A stretch of DNA of 64,000 nt from Candidatus Latescibacterota bacterium (GCA_965205485.1 OZ242180.1:2560001-2624000), one strand, 5' to 3'; shown: positions 1 through 10,321, counted from the stretch's first letter. The notes: generated by a model not told the origin, from the sequence alone. Program-made: numbers and translations.

Positions 1-1
1 A

Positions 2-73
2 TGGAGCGTTTCCGGGTCCAAGTCCAACGCAGGCAACGGTAGGATACGCTTTGAAGTGGCGTTCGAAACGTAA
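2..73 (+). CDS. 3' end of a CDS entering from the left edge (…WSVSGSKSNAGNGRIRFEVAFET*)
   Basis: Frame 2 is open from the window edge to TAA at 71-73, just upstream of the RBS of the next gene. Confidence 0.4.
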   Translation, partial: WSVSGSKSNAGNGRIRFEVAFET

Positions 74-113
74 CTAATTTCTCTGATCGGTCACTACAGA
101 GGAGAATCTTGAT

Positions 114-1028
114 ATGCCCGGGAATCTTATGGAAATGCTCAAGGAAGGGATCGTTCTGGGTGACGGCGGGATGTACCTGGAGGCGAACTGGAGAGGTTAC
201 GATGTACCCGGCATCATCGGCTCCCACCCGGATGCGCTTCAGCAGATCCATCGGGACTTTTACAATTCGGGTTCGGAGGTGCTCCAGGCGCTGACGTGGT
301 TTACCTCGGGCGCTCAGCTGGAGGAGAAATACGGATGGGGAGGCCGCGTGGACGAAATCAACCGGACCGGGATTCGCGCGGCGAAAGAGGCGTCCGGTTG
401 GGAGGCGCCGGTGGGCGGCTGTCTCGTCTCCACGATGACCGGCTCCCGGCTGGGAGACCGGGTTTACAATCCGGAGGATCCTTCGTCGCACGCCCGCGCG
501 CAGGCCGAATGGGAAGAGCAGATCGCGATTCTCGTCGACGCCGGCGCCGACTTCCTGATCCCGGAGACGTTCTTCCGTCTGGACGAGATGCGGCTGTGCG
601 TGGAAAGCTGCAAGAAGACCGGCCTGCCGACGATGGCGCTTGTGGGCATCGGAAGCGACAAACAGACACAGGACGGCGCCAATGCGGCGGAATGCGCCCG
701 CGCTCTCGTGGACGACGGCGCGGATATCGTGGGGACCGTCTGTATCGGGGACCCGGACCAGATGCTGCCGACGGCGCTCGAGATGCGGGAAGCGGTGGAC
801 GTGCCGATCGCCTGCCAGCCGAAGGGATTCAGGCAAATGACGGATACCGAAGACGTCGGCTACGCCGTCCACCGTCACCGCAATGGCGTCACGCCCGACG
901 ATATGGGGGCGTTCGCGCTGAAGGCGAGGGCGGAAGGGATCAACTTCGTGGGGTGCTGCTGCGGCGCGGGTCCATCCCACATCCGTGCGATGGCCGAGGC
1001 GCTCGGAAAGCCGGTGCGAGCCGGGTAG
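114..1028 (+). CDS. Homocysteine S-methyltransferase (BHMT-like) family protein, paralogue 1
   Basis: VLGDGGM, DFLIPETF, IVGTVC and FVGCCCGAGPSHIRAM (Zn-binding Cys pattern); RBS GAGGAG upstream. Confidence 0.9.
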   Translation: MPGNLMEMLKEGIVLGDGGMYLEANWRGYDVPGIIGSHPDALQQIHRDFYNSGSEVLQALTWFTSGAQLEEKYGWGGRVDEINRTGIRAAKEASGWEAPVGGCLVSTMTGSRLGDRVYNPEDPSSHARAQAEWEEQIAILVDAGADFLIPETFFRLDEMRLCVESCKKTGLPTMALVGIGSDKQTQDGANAAECARALVDDGADIVGTVCIGDPDQMLPTALEMREAVDVPIACQPKGFRQMTDTEDVGYAVHRHRNGVTPDDMGAFALKARAEGINFVGCCCGAGPSHIRAMAEALGKPVRAG

Positions 1029-1044
1029 TTCTCGGGAGGATCCC

Positions 1045-2173
1045 ATGAGCCGGATGTGTCCTGGTGAATTCCGAGTCGTCTCCTATGACGTCCCGGACTT
1101 CCAGGGGGATTTTACCTGCCACGATTACGGGGACCCGCATGCGCCGAGAATTGCGCGCCTCAGGGAAGAAGTACGGGCTTGAAGGCGTCGTGGCGGGCTG
1201 CGGGACGGAATTCGAGGGGTTTCTGGCCCTGAAGCGATGGGTCCGAAAACAGTGGGACCACGGGCTCTGGTACAACCGCCCGGAAATCGACGACGGCCTG
1301 GGGATTCTGGAGGCCGTGAGCAGGGGGGAACGTTTCTTCTGCGGCTCCTACGCGCGGCTCTTCGTGGATGCGGCAACCGCGCTCGGCTGGCCGGCGCGGC
1401 GGGTGGCGGTCTCCATCGAAGATTGCGAGGCGCCCCGGGACTACGCGATGTGGAACGTCGGACACGCGGTTGCGGAGGTCTGGTCCAACGAATACCGGAA
1501 GTGGGTGATGATGGATCCCGACATCAACGTCCACTACGAGCGGGACGGTACGCCGTTGAACGCGCTGGAGATCCGGGAGGCGTGGCTGGACGGCGTTGCG
1601 GATGAGGTTGAAATGGTGCAGGACCAGCCGGAATTCGTCATTCCCGATGCCAGGCACGTCCGTCTCGCGCTCCGGGACCCCACCTGCCGGAAAGACTATG
1701 ACGAGGAGGTCAACCGCCATTTGTTCGCGAGGTTCCTGCGAAACAGGGTGATGGACTACTACGCCCGGGTCCGGGTTCTGACGGACCGCCTCACCCTGGA
1801 ATGGGTGGACCGAAGGTGCCTGCCCACGTTCGTGAGCAACTTCAGACCGCTCGGCCCCGTTCGATTGACCTCCAGTCTCCCCGATGTGTACTGGTCGGTG
1901 AATCTGGTGCGCATTTCCACGCATCCGTCCTGGGACGAGGAGGGCGCCAGCATCGCGGTGACGCTCTCGCACTGCATGCCGTTCTTCGATCACTACGAAA
2001 TTCGCTTCGACGACGGGGCCTGGCAGCGGTGCGGCGAGCGTTTCGACTGGCCGATGCGGGAGGGGGTGCAGTCGCTGTCATGCAGGGGCGTGAATTCGAT
2101 GAAACGAACAGGCGTTCCCAGCCGGATCGCGGTGGCGTACGCCCGGCCGCCCGAGGGAACCGGGTATTACTGA
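1045..2173 (+). CDS. Transglutaminase-like (Cys-His-Asp) domain protein; apparent +1 frameshift near 1165
   Basis: FFCGSYA / GHAVAEVWSNEYRKWVMMDPD triad. GGAGGA RBS precedes ATG 1045, whose frame (…RIARLRE) joins …KYGLEGVV if one A is removed from agggaagaag. Confidence 0.75.
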
Positions 2174-2230
2174 TACCATCCAGTCGACGGCGTATGCGCG
2201 TCGTCCACGTGCCTACGGGGGAGAGTTGGG

Positions 2231-3361
2231 ATGATTTCAATCGCGGCTGATTTCGAATGCGGAAACGCGAAGCATATCCGGCAGATCGCAATCGACCGGT
2301 TCCGGCTCGAAGTTGTCGGGGACAAGCCCACGTACAGTTACTACTTCTGTTTCGACGTCCGGAACGATGGGCCCGCAACGGCTGTGACCGTTGAAGTGTG
2401 GCCGGACTCGCGATTCGGCCCGGAGGGATTCGTGGTCAGCCTGCCGACCACGGTGTGGGTCGCATCCCGGAGCGACGGTCGATTCAGGCCGCTCGACCGC
2501 GAACGGGTCCGGAATACGGAGGAACCGCTGTTGATTCGCCTGAATCTGAAGGCAAACGAGACGATTCGGGTAACGAACGCATGGCCCGCGCGCTACAGCG
2601 ATACGCAAGACGCGCTCCGAAGGCTGGCGGATGAACGCGGGGACCGCTGCGAGGCATTTACCATTGGCAAATCGGTGCAGGGGCGGGACATCACCGGAAT
2701 CCGGACCGGCGCGCCCGGCAAGCCCCGGATTCTGTGCGTGGCCGGACAGCACGCGGTCGAGTTCTCGGGCACGTGGGGGATGCTGGGCATTGCGGATTTC
2801 ATCACGTCTCTCGTTCCCGACGCCGTCGCCCTCCGGGAGCGGATACAGGTGGAGGTCCTGCCGGCGGTCAATCCCGATGGGAACGTTGCAGGCAGGAACG
2901 CGTTCAACGCCGAGGGGTTCGACATGTACCGGTCATTCGGCGAAGACCCGGAGGCGGAGGCGCCCGAAGCCCACGAGAGCCGCTTGCTATGGGACATGCT
3001 TGTAAAGGACCGGCCGGCGATGTGGATGAATATCCATGCGTACGTGGGCTGGCGGGAAAACGGAGAATACCCTTACGACGGATGGTACGAGGTGGTCGAT
3101 CCCGTCTTCGAGAATACCGATCGCGCCCGGCTGTACCAGGCCCTATGCGACACGATGCGCCTGGAGACCGACGGCATGTCCACGCACGGCAGGGCGAACG
3201 TGCATCGTGAGAATACGATGTGCTATCAGATGGCCCGCAGGCTCGGCATCCCCAGCGTATTCTATGAGCTCAACGTCGCCACGGCGGGTCCGCACGGCGC
3301 CGCCAAACGCGCGATCCACGTGTTCAAACGGGCGGTACATACGCTGCTCAACAGCGAATAA
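2231..3361 (+). CDS. M14-family zinc carboxypeptidase (cytosolic carboxypeptidase-like, with N-terminal beta domain)
   Basis: ADFECGN N-terminus, IGKSVQGRDI, GQHAVE (HxxE), VNPDG, NIHAY. Confidence 0.85.
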   Translation: MISIAADFECGNAKHIRQIAIDRFRLEVVGDKPTYSYYFCFDVRNDGPATAVTVEVWPDSRFGPEGFVVSLPTTVWVASRSDGRFRPLDRERVRNTEEPLLIRLNLKANETIRVTNAWPARYSDTQDALRRLADERGDRCEAFTIGKSVQGRDITGIRTGAPGKPRILCVAGQHAVEFSGTWGMLGIADFITSLVPDAVALRERIQVEVLPAVNPDGNVAGRNAFNAEGFDMYRSFGEDPEAEAPEAHESRLLWDMLVKDRPAMWMNIHAYVGWRENGEYPYDGWYEVVDPVFENTDRARLYQALCDTMRLETDGMSTHGRANVHRENTMCYQMARRLGIPSVFYELNVATAGPHGAAKRAIHVFKRAVHTLLNSE

Positions 3362-3399
3362 AAGGAAGAAGGAAAAAGGAAAAAGGAAGAAGGAAAAGC

Positions 3400-4090
3400 A
3401 GCGATCAGCTATCAGCCGTCAGCTGTCAGCCAAAAACGAAGAGCAAAACCAGAAACCAGTCTTCCCCAATTTCCCTGCCTACGGCGTGTTCCTTTTGAAG
3501 CGACCAAAAGGAACCAAAAGTCGCCGCTGGGCGCGGTGCCTGCCATATGCACAGCGCGAATTGGCTCACTGAATGCACATGGTCCTCCGGCCTACCGGCC
3601 ACGCAAGAACACCGAAAGCCGGCGCTGAACGGAACCACGCGCTCTGCTCTGGTCGTGCTCGCGAGAGAACTCGCGCTCGAAAGCCGAATGCCTATCTGAA
3701 AGCGAGCAATATGGCTTGGCGAAGTCTATCGGCGATGTCCGCGTCACTACATGGGCAACCACAAGGGTTGCCCCTACAAATTCAAATAGAGCGTGTCCGG
3801 TGGTTGCGTGGGGGGTTTTTCCGTGTTAATCCGTACACCTCTGTTGATCGGAAGTTCCGCGAAGGATCGAAGGCCACCCAAATACCGTTTTGGCCACTGA
3901 GGAGATTCACGGAAAAACCGGCCCCCTGCCGAAGGGCGCGCTTCTTTTTGGTCCTTTTTCGCGCATAAGAAAAAGGACGTAAATAATAGAAAAACAAAGG
4001 ATTTATGAGAAGAATATCCAGCATTCAAATGACATACATATTGTTTGCATTTCAATACGAAATCATGCCTTCGGCGTGTTCCATAAAACC
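3400..4090. repeat. Composite structured intergenic repeat, copy 1 (heptamers + terminal hairpins + GTAG REP + variable-loop stem)
   Basis: Aligns with 5645-6442 and 37825-38059/39359-39377. Hairpin GTTCCTTTTG-N7-CAAAAGGAAC at 3488-3514; stem GGTTTTTCCGTG (3814-3825) / CACGGAAAAACC (3908-3919). Confidence 0.9.
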
Positions 4091-4311
4091 GCGTAGAGAT
4101 TAGACGTTAGACTCGAAAGATTACCTGCCTTGTGAGGTTTCTTCTCCTGCCGGAGGCAAGAGGTTTAGAATATGGGGCAAGGATCTCGTCTACCGTCTAC
4201 GCTCTTACGTCTCACCGCCTTTTGGCTACAGGCCGGTCGCCCTACAAACCCGACAGGTGTATCCTGTGATACGTGTAGTGTGGAACTGAATTCGTTTGAC
4301 CACAGGAGTCC

Positions 4312-5583
4312 ATGATGGACCCGAAAAGACGCGACGTTCTTGAAAGGTACCTGTCTCGAGACTGGTATTCGGAAAAGGCGAGACAGGCCAGGATGGAGCG
4401 ATACCTGGAATGGATGGCGCGCCAGGAAAGGCCGCCCATGCGGGTTGCCGGTCCCGACCGGGGCGCCCGTGTCTTGAACGTGGGGGTGGTCGGCCTGGGA
4501 CGGGGCCGGTTCATGGCGAGATTGTGCAACCTCCTGGACCGGAGTCGGACCGTGGCGGTATGCGACGAGGTCCCGGACCTGGCGGAATACGTCGCCGACG
4601 AGCTGGACGTCCCCAGGTTCGTACCGGCGGTACGAAGACATGCTGAAGGACGACGAGGTCCGCGTGGTCGTGGTGGAGACGGGCACGGACCGGCACGGGG
4701 AGCATGCGATCCAGGCGTTGCAGGCGGGCAAGCACGTCTTTGTGGAAATGCCCCTTGCCGTCACCCTGGAGGAATGCAGGGCCATCGTCGATCTGAGCGA
4801 GGCAACCGGCCTCAAGGTGCAGATGGGAAACCAGTTGCGGTGGTATAACCGGTACGAAGCCCTTAAGAAGCTGTGCGTGGAGGGGGAGTTCGGCAAGGTG
4901 CAGTACGTGGAGGCGGAGTACAACTGCGACTACCGGCGGAGGAAGCGGTACTGGGTCGACCGTGAGCGCGAGGTGGGGATGCCGGCCGACCGGGGCTGTG
5001 AAGGTGGCATCGAGCCGCCGCTGAACGCGGCCGTGCATACCACGTTCGACACGTCGCGCTGGCTGCTGGGTGACGAGCAGATCGTCGAAGTGGAAGCATT
5101 CGGGATGCGCGGCACGAGCTTCGTCGAAGGCAGCCCGGAGGAGGGCTTCGGCGCGAATACCGGGGACGGATTCGATAGCGCGGTGGCGCTGATGAAGAGC
5201 GAGAGCGGCGTGATCGTCAAAGCGCTGCAGAGCTACGGATTCCGCCGCCCTCACCTGAACTATCTCGCGCTTTACGGAACGCTGGGATGCTACGAAGGCG
5301 AGCGGCGCAACGAGGTCGGTTCCGGATACGTCCACCTTCCCCACCGGTTTCTGAATACCGTGGAATCGGGCGATGGATGGATGGAACTGCCCCTGATAAC
5401 GGGTTCCGGGCCCGGACACCAGGGGGCGGAATTCGATATGATGCTGGACTTCTTCGATGCCATCGTCCGCGACCGCCGCCCGCTCATCGACGCGGTCCAG
5501 GCCGCGCGTTCGTGCGCTCCCGCGATCTGCGGTGAACTCGCGGCCGCGCGAGGCGAACGGGTAAGGTTCCGCAGTTCCCGTAG
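4312..5583 (+). CDS. Gfo/Idh/MocA-family NAD(P)-dependent oxidoreductase, split by apparent frameshifts at ~4618 and ~5563
   Basis: VGVVGLGRG Rossmann motif in ORF 4312; AGKHVFVEMP and GNQLRW in ORF 4640; single-base corrections give …VPRSYRRYEDMLKDD… and …VKVPQFP*. Confidence 0.8.
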
Positions 5584-5644
5584 GGATCCCCGACGTTCTG
5601 TCCCGTAACGATATTGGGGGTATCTTCCGATCGGAATCACCTAA

Positions 5645-6442
5645 GAGAGCTATCAGCTATCAGCCGTCAGCTGTCAGCCAAAAGCGAAAATCAAAGTCAA
5701 AATCCACATCTCCCCCCGGCCCGTCACACAAAGCCGTCGGCAATCAGCCAAAAACGAAGAGAAGGGCGCGCTTCTTTTTGGTCCTTTTTCTTCAAAAGCA
5801 TAACCAGAAACCCCTCTTCTCCAAATTCCCTGCCTACGGCGTGTTCCTTTTGAAGCGACCAAAAGGAACCAAAAGTCGCCGCTGGGCGCGGGGCCTGCAA
5901 TATGCACGGCGCGAATTGCCTCACGGGATGCACTTGATCCACTGGCCTGCCAACCTCGTAAACAGTCCGATCTTCAGTTCTGGACGGAATAGCGCGCTGT
6001 GCTCTGGGAGTACTCTCGACAGACCTCGCGTTCGAAAGCCGAATGCCTATCTGAAAGCGGCAATATGGCTTGGCGAAGTCTATCGGCGATGTCCGCGTCG
6101 CTACGGGCAACCACAAGGGTTGCCTCTACAAATTCAAATAGAGCGTGTCCGGTGGTTGGGTGGGGGGTTTTTCCGTGTTGATCCGTTCCGCGCCGATGTT
6201 TTGGCACACGTCAGGGAGTCGCAGGCCACCGAGTTGCATTCGTGCCACTGAGGAGATTCACGGAAAAACCGGCCCCCTGCCGAAGGGCGCCTTTTTGGTC
6301 CTTTTTCTTACGCGCATAAGAAAAAGGACGTAAATAAATAATAGAAAATAAAGGCTTTATAGAAAAGAACTGGTATACAAATAGCCAAATCAGTCGCTTG
6401 CCTCTTTATCCAAATCATGCCTGCTTCGTGTTCCTTGAAACC
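5645..6442. repeat. Composite structured intergenic repeat, copy 2
   Basis: Near-identical to copy 1 in its stems and ends; 13-bp terminal hairpin GTCCTTTTTCTTA-cgcgca-TAAGAAAAAGGAC at 6298-6329; extra fragment of the right end at 5761-5792. Confidence 0.9.
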
Positions 6443-6555
6443 GGAGAGTGGGAGACGGGGGTAGTCAGAGGATCTCACCACACCCGGGTTCGCGCCCTCA
6501 TTCGTGATCCAATTCTTTCTAACTGTTAGCGAGAGTCCGGCTTCGAGGGTCTCAT

Positions 6556-8276
6556 ATGGGAAAGTTGTCCACCCTTCTTCCTTTTTCCTTCTTCCTTCTG
6601 ATTCTTGGCGGCGGGGCGGCGTACGCGGAGACGCCCCGTTTCGTCGACGTGACGGCGTCATCGGGCATTGACTTCCGGCACGTCCACGGCGGGACGGGGG
6701 AGAAGTACTTCGTGGAGACGATGGGGGCGGGTGTCGCATTCCTGGACTACAACAACGACGGCCGGCTGGACGTTTTCGCCGTCAACGGAGGGACGCTGCC
6801 CGGCTATGCCGGACCTCCCCCGAGAAACCGGCTCTACCGGAACGCCGGCGGGGGTCGCTTCTCGGACGTGACGCGGTTCGCGGGCGTGGGCGAAACGGCC
6901 TACGGCATGGGCGTCTGCGCGGGAGACTTCGACAACGACGGGCACGACGACCTCTACGTGACCTGTTACGGTCCGAACAGCCTGTTCCGGAACAACGGCG
7001 ACGGGACGTTCAGAAACGTGGCAGCCGAGGCCGGCGTGGCCGGCGATGCAGCGTGGAGCGTGGGGTGCGCCTTCCTGGACTACGACGCGGATGGATTCCT
7101 GGACCTCTACGTGGCCAACTACGTCGAATACTCGACCGCCTCCACGGAGACAGGGCTGAGGCCCTACGTTTCCCGGTCCGCACGTCTCTCGGAGGAAGGC
7201 AGGTTCTATCCGCATCCCGACAACTTCAAGGGGGCGGCGGACCGCTGTATCGCAACAACGGCGACGGGACGTTTTCGGACGTGACGGAACCGGCGGGCGT
7301 CTACAATCCCGGCGGCAAGGGAATGGGAATGGCGTGCGCCGACGTCGACGGAAATGGATTCGTGGACGTCTTCGTGGCCAACGACATGACGCCCAATTTT
7401 CTCTTTCTGAACCAGGGCGACGGGCGTTTTGTGGAGAAGGGACTTCTGTCGGGCGTGGCATACAGCGGGTCGGGCGAGCTCCAGTCCAGCATGGGCGCGG
7501 ACTTCGGCGACTTCAACCGGGACGGCCGCCTGGACCTGGCAGTCACCAATTTCAGACTGGAGGGCGCCGGGCTCTTCCGCAACGAGGGCGGGGCGCTGTT
7601 TACGGATATTTCGTCGATTTCAGGGATCAGGACCCCCACGTTTCCCCACGTGGGATGGGGAACCGGATTTCTGGACTACGACAACGATGGCTGGGCCGAT
7701 CTTCTGATGGTGCACGGCCACGTGCTGGACAACGCCGACCGGGTGGGGAGTGTCTACCACCAGCCCGGCATCCTGATGCGAAACAGGGGCGACGGCCGCT
7801 TCATCGACGTCACGCGCGAAGTGAAGGACGATCTGTCCGCGCCGGTTCCCGGCCGGGGCGCCGCCTTCGGAGACTACGACAACGACGGCGACGTGGACGT
7901 GTTCATCCTGGCGGTGAACGGTACGGCGCGGCTCCTGAGAAACGAGGTGGGCAACCGGAACCGCTGGCTGAGGATAAAGCTGGTGGGAGCAGCTCGCGGG
8001 GATCGGCAGCATCCAGGCGCCGCCGGACGCGTGTCCAACCGCAACGGCATTGGCGCCCGCGTGACGGTCTGGGCCGGCGGCAGCCGGCAGAGCCGCGAGG
8101 TCCGCAGCGGATCGAGCTATCTGTCGCAGAACGACTTCCGTCTGCATTTCGGACTCGGCAAGCACCCAGCCGCCGATTCGGTCACGGTCCGGTGGCCGGG
8201 CGGCACGGTGGACCGGTTGGGGAGCATTTCGGCCGATCGGGAGCTTGTCGTAGAGGAAGGGGAAGCGGGTCCATGA
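6556..8276 (+). CDS. CRTAC1/ASPIC-UnbV family FG-GAP repeat secreted protein; apparent frameshift at ~7245
   Basis: Signal peptide, ETMGAGVAFLDYNNDG, multiple DxDxDG repeats, C-terminal SYLSQNDFRLHFGLG…VRWPGG; the two ORFs join at GAADR/LYRNNGDG. Confidence 0.85.
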
Positions 8277-10261
8277 TTTTCCGGAGCACGGATTGGCGAA
8301 CGGGCGTCATTTTCGCAGTGCTTGCGGTGGCGCTTTCCTGTGTACCGGCGCATGCCGGCCGGCCCCGGGAGATCCGGTACATCGGGCCGCCGGTGAGCAC
8401 GTTGAACAGCTATCTGTATACGGGTGGGATGTACGCGCAGATTACGCTCGGCACGAAGGAGGGCCTGGTTCAACTCGGGCCGGAAGGTGGGCTCATTCCG
8501 GGGCAGGCCGAACGATGGGAAATCTCCGAAGACAGGCTGACGTATACGTTCTTTCTGCGGCGGGACAACCGCTGGTACGACGGCACGACGGTAACCGCGC
8601 GGGACTACAGCGCCGCCTTCATCTATCAGATGGAACCCGGGCGCGAAAGCAAGTGGCTCTGGGATACGCCGCTGCAGTACGTGGTCAAGGCGATGGATTT
8701 CAGAAACGGCGCGGCGCGGGAGGACGAGGTGGGTGTGGACGTGCTGGACGACTTCACGCTGCGCTTCCGTCTCGCGAGGCCGTATCCCGCTTTCATGAAC
8801 GCGATGGTGACGGGAAGCATGTTTCCGATCCACCGCGCCTCCCTGGAGAAGCATGGAGACGCGTGGCACAAGCTGCCCAACTACCAGGGGAACGGACCGT
8901 ACCGGATCGTGGAGTGGGAACTCAATTCCCATATTATCCTGGAGAAGAATCCGAAGTACAATCTGCCCCGGGGCAATCTGGAGCGGATACACAGCCGCTT
9001 CGCGGGCAGACCCCTGGAGGGTTACCAGAGCGGAGAGATCGACTTCGCGCTGCTGCCGACGATCGCCGATATCTACTACGCCAGACACCATCCCGAACTG
9101 AGCGATGAACTGGTCCTGACGCCCACCAGCGGACTCTCGTTCGTAAAGTTCCTTTTCTCGAAGCACCCGGTCTACTGGGACGCCCGCGTTCGTAGGGCGA
9201 TTGCCCTGGGTTTCGACAAGCGGCGGATTGTGGACGCGATCTTTCTCGGGCGGGAGACGCCGATGCATATGCTCTCCACGCCCGCGATGCCGGACTGGGA
9301 CCCCGGATTCGGGATGAGATTCGACCTCGAAGAAGCCCGGCGCCTGCTGTCCGAAGCGGGATATCCGGGTGGAAGGGGAATTCCAGAGTCCGTGATTCTG
9401 GTCCCGTCGTACCTGGCGCCCGAGATGGTGTCGCAGTTCGTGGTGATCGCCGACATGCTGGAAGAAAACCTGGGCATCCGGTTCAGGATCGACAATCAGG
9501 AACTGGGGGTGTACGCCGACAAGCGGGTTTCCCTGAATCCATCGGATTATGCGGGGTTCTGCTTTGCGGCCTCGGGAGCGCCGTGGCCGAATCCCATCTA
9601 CGGCACCCAGTGGATCGAGAACGTCCAGTGGACGGACGATCCCGGGGTCTACGCGGTCTGGTGGGAGGGGCAGCGGCGAATCCTGCAGATCCGGTCGGGC
9701 ATGATCAAGCTTGAAGGCGAGGAGAATCTCTCCAATTTCGAGCCGATCCGCCGGCGAATCCGGGCGTACGCGGATTCGGTGACGTCGCTCTTTGCGAACG
9801 GAAGGCACGGTCCCCACCTGCGCCGGCAGGCGAAGGAGGCGATGAGCGGCTGGCGGCAAACCGCGGACGAGATCATGCGGACGGCGGGCGGGCCGGATGC
9901 GGACCTGGAATGGTGCTGGAAGGCGCTCAATGTCACGCTTCTCCAGGCCCGCCAATACTATTTCCAGTGGTCGAACACCGGCGACCTTCGCTGGCGCCTG
10001 GAGGAAATGCGTCAGGAAGCGCATCACGCGCGGGACCCGTCCCGCCAGGCTGAGATCAACCGCGAAGTGCACCGCCTGGTGCAGGCGTTCAGCTGGGATT
10101 TCCCGCTCCACGTCGCGAATGCCACCGCTCTGGTCAAACCCTACGTGAAGGGATTGAAATTCTGCGCCTACTGGTGGGCCAACCCCATGTATCTGAAATG
10201 GATCGATATCGACGATAGCGGGGCGACAGCAGCGCGGCGTCCGGACGTTCACCAGCCTTAA
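8273..10261 (+). CDS. oppA: Peptide ABC transporter substrate-binding protein (SBP family 5) with a long C-terminal insertion
   Basis: Signal peptide; EGLVQ…PGQAERWEISEDRLTYTFFLR, GNGPYRIVEW, DARVRRAIALGFDK; ATGA overlap with the upstream stop. Confidence 0.85.
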   Translation: MIFRSTDWRTGVIFAVLAVALSCVPAHAGRPREIRYIGPPVSTLNSYLYTGGMYAQITLGTKEGLVQLGPEGGLIPGQAERWEISEDRLTYTFFLRRDNRWYDGTTVTARDYSAAFIYQMEPGRESKWLWDTPLQYVVKAMDFRNGAAREDEVGVDVLDDFTLRFRLARPYPAFMNAMVTGSMFPIHRASLEKHGDAWHKLPNYQGNGPYRIVEWELNSHIILEKNPKYNLPRGNLERIHSRFAGRPLEGYQSGEIDFALLPTIADIYYARHHPELSDELVLTPTSGLSFVKFLFSKHPVYWDARVRRAIALGFDKRRIVDAIFLGRETPMHMLSTPAMPDWDPGFGMRFDLEEARRLLSEAGYPGGRGIPESVILVPSYLAPEMVSQFVVIADMLEENLGIRFRIDNQELGVYADKRVSLNPSDYAGFCFAASGAPWPNPIYGTQWIENVQWTDDPGVYAVWWEGQRRILQIRSGMIKLEGEENLSNFEPIRRRIRAYADSVTSLFANGRHGPHLRRQAKEAMSGWRQTADEIMRTAGGPDADLEWCWKALNVTLLQARQYYFQWSNTGDLRWRLEEMRQEAHHARDPSRQAEINREVHRLVQAFSWDFPLHVANATALVKPYVKGLKFCAYWWANPMYLKWIDIDDSGATAARRPDVHQP

Positions 10262-10321
10262 CCTCAATCAGAAAAAAGGCAACGGCGAAATTTACCACAA
10301 AAAGCACAAAAGGCACAGAAG
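10262..10321 (-). mobile_element. End of a MITE-like element (same family as 14279-14493 and 58166-58356), preceded by TTAA
   Basis: 10258-10321 is a 64-bp imperfect inverted copy of 14434-14497; the other end of this copy is not found. Confidence 0.55.

Noticed and set aside
3814..3919. CRISPR spacer or DGR variable-region reading of the 36-nt segments
   Set aside because: Copies are dispersed rather than arrayed and still 39-50% identical. Substitutions are not adenine-specific, and there is no cas or RT gene in the window.
3573..4055. Small ORFs inside the composite repeat (also 5778-6251, 37812-38109)
   Set aside because: Frames and starts are not preserved between copies and substitutions show no clear codon bias
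4611..4625. Programmed ribosomal frameshifting in the split genes
   Set aside because: No slippery heptamer or shared signal; directions are mixed and the gene families are unrelated
7334..8272. 975-aa ORF suggesting a long N-terminal fusion to OppA
   Set aside because: The first 313 aa are an Arg-rich shadow frame over the CRTAC1 gene; the real start is ATG 8273, followed by a signal peptide
8117..10267. Long antisense ORFs (also 28692-30095, 51775-53124, 52920-54422 and others)
   Set aside because: Typical high-GC shadow frames opposite well-supported genes, with no recognisable motifs
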